From Sporichthya sp. (GTDB lineage Bacteria; Actinomycetota; Actinomycetes; Sporichthyales; Sporichthyaceae): a stretch of 61,654 nt of DNA. Within the stretch, counting starts at the first letter, position 1. Every line of letters starts with the position of its first letter. The position numbers were made by a program, and so were the translations under genes. Positions 26,518 to 35,735 of the stretch are shown here, one piece after another. The notes under the pieces are model-generated. The model was given only the letters and a program-made list of their open reading frames with translations. It made no database searches and had not been told where the DNA came from. The DNA is taken from positions 1 through 61,654 of the forward strand of contig NZ_JACDFE010000001.1 in NCBI RefSeq assembly GCF_013815995.1, given 5' to 3'.

Positions 26518-27962
26518 AGCTGCTTCACCCCAGTCAGTCGCACGATCGTCGCGGAGAAGACGCCCACCGCCGCCACGGCAATGAGCAAGAGGTAGACGTC
26601 GAGCCCATCGATGGGGCGCGCGTCACGGGCGTCCGCCGCAAGCCTGAGAGTGGCCGTTGGCAAGCCGGACTGGTCCGTCTGGGCTGCAGCCGCGGAGCCA
26701 GCGACACCGGGCACCTCACCCACACCGGAGGGGAGCACACCCGCAGAGTCCACACCCGCGCCAAGCACGTTGTCAGTCCCGGCCGAGGACGGCAGACCCC
26801 CGGCGGCCGCTCCGCCGGTCGGCAGGTCGGCGGGCATACCGTCCACCGCAGTCGACGGGTCGAGGCTGACCCCGGTGGTCACCCCACCGAGAGTGAACGA
26901 GGTGGGCACCGCCCCGGTGAAGTAGGGGTTGGGCGGCAGTGCGGGAACCGTGTAATCCACATTGAAGCTCGCGCCTGTGATGCCCGTCTTGGTCTGCACC
27001 GCAGGCTGATAGCTCAGGTTGGCTCCACCTGCCCTGAACGCGTCGAGCACCGCGTCGGCTGGAACTGCGTACGCCTGCTTGCCACCCGCGAAAGGCAGGG
27101 TGATCGTGAACGTCCCGTCCACGAAGCCGATGTCCGGGGCATCGATCGTTTGCCCGCCGAAAGGGAACGGCACCGGCGGCGGCTGGAAAACGGGAAGTTG
27201 ACCGAACCCGGGGACCGGTACCGGAATAGGTACGTTGCCCGGCGTCGCAGGCGGGATGGTGATCCTCAGGCCGGGGATCGTCATGCGCGCGATGCTCAGC
27301 GAGGAGCTCGTCACCCGCTTGCCCGCAGCACTCACCACCGTCTCGGCGTGGGACTGAAATCCGGTGAGGGAGAAGTTGCTGCCGAACTTCAGGGCGTTGA
27401 AGGCCACGTCAGCAGTTGCACTCAGGCCGCCGTCGACCGTCTGGTCCACGCGCGCTACCGAAGTTGCGCCCGAGACGCCATCGTTGCCGACCGTCGCACT
27501 GCCGACCACGCTTCCCGCCCCACTCTCCGCGTGCAGCGTGATCCCGGGGTAGCTGACGTTGGCCGGCTTGCTGCCTGCCGTGGCTGACGCGCCGAACGGA
27601 TACTCCGGCGCCGGCAGCCCGAACAGGGCACCGAGGAAGATGCCCGGAAGCCCAGGCGCGATCGGGCCGATATATGGGAAGTACGCGTTGGCGCTCGCGG
27701 TACCCAGAGAGTCGAGGGTTGCGTCGGCCTCGGGACCGACGCCCTGGCCGACGAACGCCAGCGGCAGCGACTGGTTGGTGAATGTGCCGTCGATCGCATT
27801 CGCCGAGGCGGCGGCGGCGTACGAATCGGCCAAGACCTCCGCCTTCGCCGAGTACCCGCCGAGGCCGACCGCGGTACCCGTGACCGTCACCAACAGTGCT
27901 GCGGCTGAAACGGAACCGAATCCGCCCCCCCTCAGGTGACGACTCCTCGGGTGCTGCCTCAT
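26514..27962 (-). CDS. Secreted beta-rich protein with C-terminal membrane anchor, function unknown
   Basis: N-terminal signal (AKA), A/G/S/T/P-rich body, C-terminal VYLLLIAVAAVGVFSATIVRLTGVK. Confidence 0.75.
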   Translation of the reverse strand: MRQHPRSRHLRGGGFGSVSAAALLVTVTGTAVGLGGYSAKAEVLADSYAAAASANAIDGTFTNQSLPLAFVGQGVGPEADATLDSLGTASANAYFPYIGPIAPGLPGIFLGALFGLPAPEYPFGASATAGSKPANVSYPGITLHAESGAGSVVGSATVGNDGVSGATSVARVDQTVDGGLSATADVAFNALKFGSNFSLTGFQSHAETVVSAAGKRVTSSSLSIARMTIPGLRITIPPATPGNVPIPVPVPGFGQLPVFQPPPVPFPFGGQTIDAPDIGFVDGTFTITLPFAGGKQAYAVPADAVLDAFRAGGANLSYQPAVQTKTGITGASFNVDYTVPALPPNPYFTGAVPTSFTLGGVTTGVSLDPSTAVDGMPADLPTGGAAAGGLPSSAGTDNVLGAGVDSAGVLPSGVGEVPGVAGSAAAAQTDQSGLPTATLRLAADARDARPIDGLDVYLLLIAVAAVGVFSATIVRLTGVKQL

Positions 27963-28059
27963 CGCATCTCCGCCTTCCGCGTCGCCTGTCCGTATGCGCC
28001 GTCAGCCACCCTGCCCCCGGTTATGGGCGGGACATCCGCTTGACACATGATGCCAACTG

Positions 28060-28083
28060 CAGCCAGATTTGTATACTAGTTTC
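28060..28083 (+). promoter_or_regulatory. Putative GntR-type operator at the divergent transporter promoter
   Basis: TGTATACTAGTTTC at 28070-28083 is identical to the minus strand of 34757-34770; TTGACA at 28040. Confidence 0.6.
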
Positions 28084-28126
28084 GCGGCCACGCCAGGCAA
28101 GGCGAATAATCCCCCGTGGAGGCCCA

Positions 28127-29752
28127 GTGCCACTCACCACCCAGACGCACTCGCGTTCCGGCAGGAGCCTGAACCGACGGGCGAGGCGCACGCGGCTTGT
28201 GATGGTCAGCATCGCCGTGCTGATCTGCACGGCCCTCGTCGGTGCGTGCGGTTCCCGAGTGGAAGACCGCGTGGTGGCCGCCGAGACCAACACCGGCGGC
28301 AGTGCCGGCGTGAGCGCTCCGGCCGCGGGGGACCTCGCTCCGGACGCCGGGGAGATCGCCCCGGGCACGACAACCGGGCAGGCCCCCGCGGTCGCATCCG
28401 GCACCGCACCGCAGCAGTCAGGCGCAACTGGTGCGGCCACGAACGCCCCGGCTGCTAAGCCCGGCGCCAACAACAACGGCGGGGCAACGAGCACCACCCC
28501 GCAGGCCGGCCCCGCTCCGTGCACGTCGTCCGGGCCGCCGATCACCATCGCTCAGGTTGGCGCGTTCAGCGGATTCCTGGGCCAGGTCTTCAGCGGCATG
28601 AAGCTCGGCATGCAGGTCTGGGCCAAGGACGTCAACGCCCGCGGCGGCCTGGGTTGCCACCCCGTGCAGCTCCTGCAGAAGGATGACCAGTCGAACCCCT
28701 CGATCAGCTCCTCTGCCGTCTATGACGCGGTGCAGAGCCGCGGGGCACCAGTGCTGGTCGGCAGCGTGGTGCCGATCGCCATCGCTGGCTACCGCTCGGC
28801 GGTAGACAAACTCAAGGTCCCCACCCTTGGTGGCGACATGGTGGCGCCGGATTGGAAGATCGACCCGTACCTTTTCCCCCAGGGCGGCGACATACTGTCG
28901 TCCTTCGCCGCAGGCATCGACGCGGTCGGTCGCCTGCCCGGCGTGAAGAAGCTGGCCGTCCTGTACTGCGTCGAGGCGACGATCTGCGCGCAGATGCGAG
29001 ACGGGATTCCAGGCCCGAACGGCTCTGCGGCACGCGCTGGCATGACGGTGGTGTCGACCCAGTCCATCTCGCTAACGCAGACCGACTTCACCACTGAATG
29101 TCAGAACGCCAAAAACGCGGGAGCGCAGGCAATCTTCTCCGGCATGGATGGCGCCTCCTCGCAACGTCTGGTGCGCTCCTGCAACGCGATCGGCTTCAAG
29201 TTCCCGATAGCCACCGCCGCGGTCGCCATTCCAGCCAACGTCGTCCTCGACCCGGTGGTGACCGCCAACGGCATGTACGTCGGGACCGCGGTGGCTCCGT
29301 TCACCGAAAGCGACACCCCCGGACTGAAGGAGTACCAAGCGGCGTTCGCCAAGTGGGCGCCGAACGCCCCTCTTGACGGGGGAACGATGCTCTCCTGGTC
29401 GGCGGGGAAGCTTGCCGAGACCGTCGTCGGGCTGATGGGCCCCGAAGCGCGGACGAAGCAGCTGACGACCGCGATGTTCATGGCCGCACTCGGCAAGATA
29501 AAGAACGAGACCCTCGGCGGACTAACGCCGAAGCCGGGTCTGACGTATGCGGAACCCGGCGTCAAGCCGATGCCGCCGATCACCTGCGCCTTCCTGGTGC
29601 GCTTCCAGGGCGGGAAGCCTTCCGCGCCCAACGGGAGCAAGCCGACCTGCATCGGCACCCCCGCGGTGAATCCGGCGGAAGTACCCAGTGACCTCGCTTT
29701 GTCACCTTACGCACGCCTGAATGGGGAACATCATGTCTCACTCGAACGCTGA
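28127..29752 (+). CDS. LIV-family ABC substrate-binding lipoprotein with long low-complexity linker
   Basis: Lipobox ALVGAC; WAKDVNARGGLGCHPV and TDFTTEC motifs; GTG after GGAGG. Confidence 0.88.
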   Translation: MPLTTQTHSRSGRSLNRRARRTRLVMVSIAVLICTALVGACGSRVEDRVVAAETNTGGSAGVSAPAAGDLAPDAGEIAPGTTTGQAPAVASGTAPQQSGATGAATNAPAAKPGANNNGGATSTTPQAGPAPCTSSGPPITIAQVGAFSGFLGQVFSGMKLGMQVWAKDVNARGGLGCHPVQLLQKDDQSNPSISSSAVYDAVQSRGAPVLVGSVVPIAIAGYRSAVDKLKVPTLGGDMVAPDWKIDPYLFPQGGDILSSFAAGIDAVGRLPGVKKLAVLYCVEATICAQMRDGIPGPNGSAARAGMTVVSTQSISLTQTDFTTECQNAKNAGAQAIFSGMDGASSQRLVRSCNAIGFKFPIATAAVAIPANVVLDPVVTANGMYVGTAVAPFTESDTPGLKEYQAAFAKWAPNAPLDGGTMLSWSAGKLAETVVGLMGPEARTKQLTTAMFMAALGKIKNETLGGLTPKPGLTYAEPGVKPMPPITCAFLVRFQGGKPSAPNGSKPTCIGTPAVNPAEVPSDLALSPYARLNGEHHVSLER

Positions 29753-30149
29753 CACCATCACTCACCTCTACGAGCTCGCAGCGGCATCGAAGAACGAGGA
29801 GATGTTTGGGCTCATCAACGAGATCCTCGCGCCCGACGTCGTACTCCGGGAGGCGACCAGCCTGCCGTTCGGCGGCACGTTCGAGGGGAAGGCGAACGTG
29901 CTCCAGGCCCTCGGCGCCGTCATGCCGTTCGTCGACTCCAGCAAGCTCGTGCCGGAGCGGATTCTCTCCGATGGCGACGTTGTCGTCGCCCTGTTCCAAG
30001 CGGTGCACTGGCGGGCCGAAGGCTTCACCACGCACGGTGTCGAGGTCCCGGCTCCCACCAATTTCCTGGAGGTATGGCGGTTCCGCGACGGCAAGGTCGT
30101 GGAACTCCAGCCGTGGTACTTCGACCAGGCAACGGTACCCAAGATCTGA
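29733..30149 (+). CDS. SnoaL/NTF2-like protein
   Basis: LAPDVVLREATSLPFGGTFEG...EVWRFRDGKVVELQPWYFD. Confidence 0.85.
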   Translation: MSHSNADTITHLYELAAASKNEEMFGLINEILAPDVVLREATSLPFGGTFEGKANVLQALGAVMPFVDSSKLVPERILSDGDVVVALFQAVHWRAEGFTTHGVEVPAPTNFLEVWRFRDGKVVELQPWYFDQATVPKI

Positions 30150-30191
30150 CCATCGGACGCGTGCGGGACGGTCGCGCCCAGGGGTCAACCA

Positions 30192-30242
30192 CGCCGGCAA
30201 GGGGAGTCCGCCCAGGGGCAGAGCGGACTCCCCTTGCTGGCG
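30192..30242. terminator. Long hairpin between convergent operons
   Basis: CGCCGGCAAGGGGAGTCCGC/GCGGACTCCCCTTGCTGGCG, 20-bp stem with one G-U pair. Confidence 0.75.
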
Positions 30243-30289
30243 CTTCTACCTATGGACTCGTAGTTGAGGGTGGCGGCGCGAGCTAGCTG

Positions 30290-31177
30290 TCACAGGTAGT
30301 CGCGTGCCAACTGATTGATGTCGGCGCTCTCTCCGTAGCGGACGGCGCCATCCGCGAACAGCCGTCGGACCAGCTCGCCGATCGGCGCGTGCACCCCCGA
30401 GGACTCCGCCAGGCTCGACGCGAGTCCAACGTCCTTGAGCATGAGCCCGATCTGGAAGTGCTGCTCGTGGATCTCTTCGTCCAGGAGAAACCTGGGGAAC
30501 GTCACCTCAGTCATGTAACTGCGCCCGCTGCCGGTGTTGATGCCCGCGACGCAGGTTGCGCGCTCAACCCCGTTTGCCGTCGCGATCGCCACTGCCTCCA
30601 GGGCGGCCAGCCGGTTACAGGCGGACAGCATGTTGTTGACCAGCTTCAGCACGTGACCGGCGCCTACCGGGCCGACGTGGGTGATGTTGGGACTGATGCC
30701 CGCGAGCACCGGGCGCACACGCGCGAAGTCGTCCGCGGCGGCGCCGACCATGATCGCGATAGTCCCGGCGGCCGCCGCCTGCGGTCCGCCACTGACCGGT
30801 GCATCCACGAACGACACCCCGGACCGCTCCAACCCGGCGGCAATCTCCCGGTCGATCGTCGGATCGCCGGTGGTCATGTCAACGAGCACGCTGCCCGGGT
30901 GTAACGCTGCCGCGAGTCCGCCGGCCCCGAGCACGAGGTCGCGCACGTCTTGGGATCGCGGCAGGCAGGTCATGACCACCTCGCATCGCGCGGCCAGGTC
31001 GGTGGCGGGCAGCCCCGTCGCACCTTCGGCCTCGAGTGATTCGACCGCCCCGACGTTGAGATCGGCCACATAGAGCGCCCCGGCCAGGGCGAGGCGTTTG
31101 GCGAGAGCGGAACCCATAGCGCCCAGCCCGATGAAACCGATGCGTGGCATGGTCGTGGCATCCTCCGTCGCAGTCAC
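30290..31177 (-). CDS. 3-hydroxyisobutyrate dehydrogenase-family oxidoreductase
   Basis: IGFIGLGAMG, FVDAPVSGG and KLVNN motifs. Confidence 0.92.
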   Translation of the reverse strand: MTATEDATTMPRIGFIGLGAMGSALAKRLALAGALYVADLNVGAVESLEAEGATGLPATDLAARCEVVMTCLPRSQDVRDLVLGAGGLAAALHPGSVLVDMTTGDPTIDREIAAGLERSGVSFVDAPVSGGPQAAAAGTIAIMVGAAADDFARVRPVLAGISPNITHVGPVGAGHVLKLVNNMLSACNRLAALEAVAIATANGVERATCVAGINTGSGRSYMTEVTFPRFLLDEEIHEQHFQIGLMLKDVGLASSLAESSGVHAPIGELVRRLFADGAVRYGESADINQLARDYL

Positions 31178-31181
31178 CGGA

Positions 31182-31874
31182 TCAGTACCAACTGGTCATC
31201 ACGTCTTGGTTCTGGTCCCAATAGGGTCGCCCGTCGACGACGTGGATCGGCCGGTCGTGGCCGGGAATGATCACGTCGGCGGTCGCCAGCAGCCAGGCCA
31301 CGGATTCCTTCGCCTGCTTGAGCATCCGCGGATCGGACAGCACAGGATGACCCACGATCAGCTCACGGCCGTTCTTCGCGGCGTCCGAGGAGCACACCAC
31401 CACCCCGTCGGCGGTCAGAGCCCTCACCACCAGCTGGCCGTGCCGGTGTCCCGGGAGGTGGACCACGTCCAACCCCTCGCCGAGGGAGAGAGTCCGACCG
31501 CTCATCACCGAGGGGGAACAGGCGTCCAGGAGTGGCTGCCAGAAGTCGGCGAGGTACGGATCGCGATCCGGGTGCTCGCGCGCCTCCGCTATCTCCGTCT
31601 CGTGCACGATCACCCGCGAGCTGGCGAAGAGCGCAACGTTTTCGCAGTGGTCGAAATGCAGATGGGTGAGGACGACCGTGTCGACGTCCCGCGGGCGCAG
31701 GCCCTTGCTCCGAAGCGCCGCCAGCAAGGTCTCCCTCGTCGGGTGGGCCCCGGTGTCGACGAGGACCTTCTGGCCGTCCGGGGTGGTCACGAGCGAGACC
31801 GTGCAGAAGCCGATCGGCGAGGAGTTGATGCGCATTCCAAGGCCGGCCACGAGCACCTCGACCTGGCTGAGCAC
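31182..31874 (-). CDS. Metallo-beta-lactamase-fold hydrolase (lactonase-like)
   Basis: THLHFDH, LPGH and IPGHD motifs. Confidence 0.88.
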   Translation of the reverse strand: MLSQVEVLVAGLGMRINSSPIGFCTVSLVTTPDGQKVLVDTGAHPTRETLLAALRSKGLRPRDVDTVVLTHLHFDHCENVALFASSRVIVHETEIAEAREHPDRDPYLADFWQPLLDACSPSVMSGRTLSLGEGLDVVHLPGHRHGQLVVRALTADGVVVCSSDAAKNGRELIVGHPVLSDPRMLKQAKESVAWLLATADVIIPGHDRPIHVVDGRPYWDQNQDVMTSWY

Positions 31875-31877
31875 GCG

Positions 31878-32657
31878 TCAGATCCCCGACGGGAGACGGT
31901 TTGCGGCGTCCAGACGGATCGTCTCGCCGTTGAGCATCGGGTTCTCGATGATGGCGAGTGCGAGCTGAGCGAACTCGTCCGCGTAACCCAGCCGCCGCGG
32001 ATGTGGCACCGCGGCCTCCATCCGCGCTCTGGCATCGGCGGGCAGCTTGGCGAGCATCGCGGTGTCGAACAACCCCGGCGCAATCGTGCACACCCGGATC
32101 CGGTGGTTCGCGAGGTCTCGTGCCGCGACCAGTGTCATGCCGACAATCCCCGCCTTCGACGCCGCATACGGGATCTGGCCAACCTGACCCTCGAAGGCGG
32201 CGATTGAGGAGGTGAGCACGCAGACGCCCCGCTCACCCTCGATGTCTTCGTTGTGAGCCATGTGGATCGCGGCCAGGCGCAGCACGAGGAACGAACCGAC
32301 GAGGTTGGTCCGTACGACGGACTCGAAATGGGTGACGGCGTCCGGATCGGGTTCGCCCTCCGCGGACAGCAGTGGCCGTACGCCGCCGCCTTGACCCGCA
32401 CAGTGCACCACCGCCCGAAGGCTCCCGAGACCCGAAGCGATCTCAAAGGCCTGTGCGATCTGCGATTCCTCCGCGACATCGCCGGAGACCAGGATCGCCC
32501 CGGCCGGCACCTCGTCGTGCGGCCACTCGTCCTGCGTGATTCGGTCGACGAGAACGACCCGCGCCCCCGCGGCACTCAGCCGGCCGGCGGTCGCCAGCCC
32601 GAGCCCTGACGCGCCGCCGGTGACCAGTGCTACCGCACCGTCGATCCTCATGGTCAC
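31878..32657 (-). CDS. SDR, type II 3-hydroxyacyl-CoA dehydrogenase-like
   Basis: TGGASGLG, EGQVGQIPYAASKAG and NPMLNGETIRLD motifs. Confidence 0.92.
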   Translation of the reverse strand: MTMRIDGAVALVTGGASGLGLATAGRLSAAGARVVLVDRITQDEWPHDEVPAGAILVSGDVAEESQIAQAFEIASGLGSLRAVVHCAGQGGGVRPLLSAEGEPDPDAVTHFESVVRTNLVGSFLVLRLAAIHMAHNEDIEGERGVCVLTSSIAAFEGQVGQIPYAASKAGIVGMTLVAARDLANHRIRVCTIAPGLFDTAMLAKLPADARARMEAAVPHPRRLGYADEFAQLALAIIENPMLNGETIRLDAANRLPSGI

Positions 32658-33853
32658 GACCTCTCGAGCACTGCGCGGTGGCGGATGTTGTGCCGGTCCA
32701 TGCTCCGGAACCCGAGCGCGTCCTCGGCGATCGCGATCCGCAGAATGTTCGCAGCGCCCTCGCCGGTGCGGGCGAGGTGGGCCAGATGGAGCAGATGCAC
32801 GATCGGATACTCCGCGGTGAGTCCGTAACCCCCGAAGATCTCCATCGTGGAGTTCGCCGCCCGGAACGTCACCTCGGCCATGTAATACTTCGCCATCGCG
32901 CTGAGCCTCGTGGCCGCGACGCCCTGGTCGTGCGCTGCGGCCGCCTGGTAGATGAGGCCGCGCCCCGCCTCGATCTCAGTGACCATGTCCGCGATGTGAC
33001 CCTGGATCAGCTGGAAGTGACCGATCTCCTGACCGAACGCCCGACGGGTCTGCGCGTAGTCGATGCAATGGTCGCGGATCACCTGTCCGGTGGCGAGCGA
33101 CTTGGTCGCGACGGCGATCCGGCCATAGTCAAGGGCGTTCATCGCGATCTTGAAGCCGTCCCCGACGTCGCCGACGATGCGGTCCGCGGGGATTCGAACG
33201 TCCGTGAACGAGATCTCGCCCGGCGGGATGAGGCTCCCCAGGCCGGGGGCCATCGCCATCCGCTGGACCGAGACGCCCGGATCGTCGTAGCGCACCAGGA
33301 ACGCGCTCACACCCTTGTGGCCCGCATTCGGATCGGTCTTGGCGAAGACGAAGGCGACGTCGGCGACGGGCGCGAGGGTAATGAAGACCTTCGAGCCGTT
33401 CAGCACCCAGTCGTCGCCATCCCGGACGGCCCTCGTCCTCATGGAGCCCAGAGCATCTGAGCCGCCCGCGGGCTCGGTGAGCGCGAAGCTCCCGATCAGA
33501 TCACCCTTGATCATCGGGGTCAGGTACTCATCGTGTTGCGCCGCCGTACCCCAGTTCAGTAGTGCCATCGGCGTCGTCATCGCGTTCATGTTGAACGCGG
33601 TAACCAGGCTAGGGCTGGCGAGCCCGACCTGTTCAGCGGCGAGGACCAGGTTGAGGAAGCCCGCTTCAGTGCCACCGACGGCAGCCGGGAAGGTCGCCCC
33701 CAGGAACCCCAGCTCACCGAGCCGTTTGAAGATCTGGCGCGGAAACGCGCCATCTCTCATCCAGTCCTGCACGAAGGGCTTGATCTCGCGCTGGGCGAAG
33801 GCCCGCGCTGAATCCCGAAACTGAAGGTTGGTGTCATCGAGCAAGACGTTCAT
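32654..33853 (-). CDS. Acyl-CoA dehydrogenase
   Basis: FALTEPAGGSD, WVLNGSKVFIT, IFGGYG and GEGAANI motifs. Confidence 0.93.
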   Translation of the reverse strand: MNVLLDDTNLQFRDSARAFAQREIKPFVQDWMRDGAFPRQIFKRLGELGFLGATFPAAVGGTEAGFLNLVLAAEQVGLASPSLVTAFNMNAMTTPMALLNWGTAAQHDEYLTPMIKGDLIGSFALTEPAGGSDALGSMRTRAVRDGDDWVLNGSKVFITLAPVADVAFVFAKTDPNAGHKGVSAFLVRYDDPGVSVQRMAMAPGLGSLIPPGEISFTDVRIPADRIVGDVGDGFKIAMNALDYGRIAVATKSLATGQVIRDHCIDYAQTRRAFGQEIGHFQLIQGHIADMVTEIEAGRGLIYQAAAAHDQGVAATRLSAMAKYYMAEVTFRAANSTMEIFGGYGLTAEYPIVHLLHLAHLARTGEGAANILRIAIAEDALGFRSMDRHNIRHRAVLERS

Positions 33854-33897
33854 CGATGTCTCCCCGCGGTTGTTGATTGCAGATTCTGACGCCGGCA

Positions 33898-34704
33898 CTA
33901 CTCGCTCGCGGGGCCGGCGAAGATCGGAGCGCGGCCTTCCCGAAGCGCCGCCACACCCTCCATAAAGTCCGGACCGCCGAGGCCGACGAATTCGAGACCC
34001 AGCGACGCATCGAATACCGGTCCGAGCGCGCGGTAGAGGTTGTTCATGCTGAGCTTGGTCCAACGGATGGCTGTCTTGGAGCCGGCCGCGAGTTGCTCGG
34101 CGATCTGTTCCGACCTCGCGACAAGGTCCGCATCGTCCACACAAAGGGACACCAGTCCGAGGCGCTCCGCCTCTTCCCCGTTGAGTGGCTCGCACAGCAG
34201 GACGTGGTACTTCGCCTTGGCCATGCCACACAGGAGCGGCCAGATCAAGGATGCGTGGTCACCGGCGGCCAGCCCGATTCGAGTGTGGCCGTCCACGAGC
34301 TGAGCCGACCGAGCGACCACGGAGACATCGGCGAGCAGACCGGCGACCATCGCCGCTCCATACGCTGGACCATGGATCGCGGAGACAATCGGCTTCGAGC
34401 AATTGAGCATGTTGTAGACGAGGTCTCGACCCTCCCGCATCACCCGGACGCGTACCGCGAAGTCAGTGACCAGACTCTCGAGGAAGTCGAAGGTGGCTCC
34501 CGCGGAAAAGCCCTTGCCCTCGCCGTTGAGCAGCACCGCGCTGACGTCGGGATCCCGGTCGACCACCGTCCAGATGTCCACCAGTTCGGTGTGCGTCGCC
34601 GCATCGACGGCGTTGAGCTTCGGTCCGCTGAGAGTGACGGTCAGTACACCGCCGACAGGGCCCCGGACAACGAGGGAAGAAAAGCGGTCGTAGAGCTCGC
34701 TCAC
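33898..34704 (-). CDS. Enoyl-CoA hydratase/isomerase-family protein
   Basis: FSAGAT, KPIVSAIHG and DGHTRIGLAAGDH motifs. Confidence 0.9.
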   Translation of the reverse strand: MSELYDRFSSLVVRGPVGGVLTVTLSGPKLNAVDAATHTELVDIWTVVDRDPDVSAVLLNGEGKGFSAGATFDFLESLVTDFAVRVRVMREGRDLVYNMLNCSKPIVSAIHGPAYGAAMVAGLLADVSVVARSAQLVDGHTRIGLAAGDHASLIWPLLCGMAKAKYHVLLCEPLNGEEAERLGLVSLCVDDADLVARSEQIAEQLAAGSKTAIRWTKLSMNNLYRALGPVFDASLGLEFVGLGGPDFMEGVAALREGRAPIFAGPASE

Positions 34705-34755
34705 CTCAGCTCCTCAGCGGTCTAGCACGAAGATGCAGACTGCCGCAGCGACCAT

Positions 34756-34780
34756 GGAAACTAGTATACACTTTAGGATG
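34756..34780 (-). promoter_or_regulatory. Putative GntR-type operator upstream of the ECH-ACAD operon
   Basis: Minus strand CATCCTAAAGTGTATACTAGTTTCC. Confidence 0.6.
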
Positions 34781-34868
34781 GAGATGCTCGAGACCCGGCC
34801 GTGGGCGCATCGGCTCGCAGTAGCACCGCTTCCGGAAATGTAGGCGACACCGTGACGGCGGGCGCCCC

Positions 34869-35699
34869 TCAGTACGACATCGCTCCCGCGTCGACCCGCA
34901 TTTCGAGCCCGGTGACGAATCGGCCCGTATCCGAGGCGAGATACAGCACCGCGTTGGTGACGTCCTGCATCTCGACGAACGGGATCGGCAGGACGTTGTG
35001 CATCGACTCCAGCAACGCCGGTTGCTCCTGCGCGAGTTGCCCGAATTCCGCGTTCGCGACCATCGGGCTGAACACACCCGTCGGGTGGATCGTGTTGCAC
35101 CGGATGCTGTAGGGGCCGAGCACATTCGCGTAGGACCGCATCAGGCCGATGACCGCGTGCTTGGACGCGATGTAGCCGAGGTAGCCGTCGCGCTTCATGT
35201 CGAGCTGGCGCATCGGACCCTTCAGGCCGGCGGTCGAGCTGATGATGATGATCGACCCGCCCTGGCCCTGGTCGAGCAGGCGCGGGATCGCCGCCTCGCA
35301 GGTGTGCAGTACGCCCGTCAGATTGATGTCGATGGCGTCGTGCCAGGCCTGCCGGGTCTTGGACTGCTCCCCGACGATGGGCATGATCCCGGCGTTGGCG
35401 ATGACGATGTCGACCCGCCCGAAGGCCAGGACGCCCTCGTCGAGGACGGCCTGGACAGCGGCCTGGGCGCGCACATCGGCCTTCAGCGCGACGATCTTTC
35501 CGCCGACCGCCTCGACCTCCTTGACAGTCGAGGCGAGATCGTCCTCAGTCGCGGCGGGATATCCGACGCTGGGTATCTGATCGCAGACGTCGAACGTGAT
35601 GATGCTCGCCCCCTCCGCGGCCAGACCGACCGCGTGCGAGCGGCCCTGGCCGCGGGCACCACCGGAGATGAAGGCGACCTTGCCGTCAAGCGATCCCAT
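34869..35699 (-). CDS. Mycofactocin-coupled-type SDR (carveol dehydrogenase-like)
   Basis: GKVAFISGGARGQGRSHA, insertion DVCDQIPSVGYPAATEDDL, YIASKH and IHPTGV motifs. Confidence 0.85.
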   Translation of the reverse strand: MGSLDGKVAFISGGARGQGRSHAVGLAAEGASIITFDVCDQIPSVGYPAATEDDLASTVKEVEAVGGKIVALKADVRAQAAVQAVLDEGVLAFGRVDIVIANAGIMPIVGEQSKTRQAWHDAIDINLTGVLHTCEAAIPRLLDQGQGGSIIIISSTAGLKGPMRQLDMKRDGYLGYIASKHAVIGLMRSYANVLGPYSIRCNTIHPTGVFSPMVANAEFGQLAQEQPALLESMHNVLPIPFVEMQDVTNAVLYLASDTGRFVTGLEMRVDAGAMSY

Positions 35700-35735
35700 G
35701 CAGACTCCCGAGCTCGAGATGGATGTGCGGCAACG

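Noticed and set aside
31182-31874. True beta-lactamase
   Set aside because: It has no signal peptide, and the metabolic operon context points to a lactonase-type MBL-fold hydrolase.
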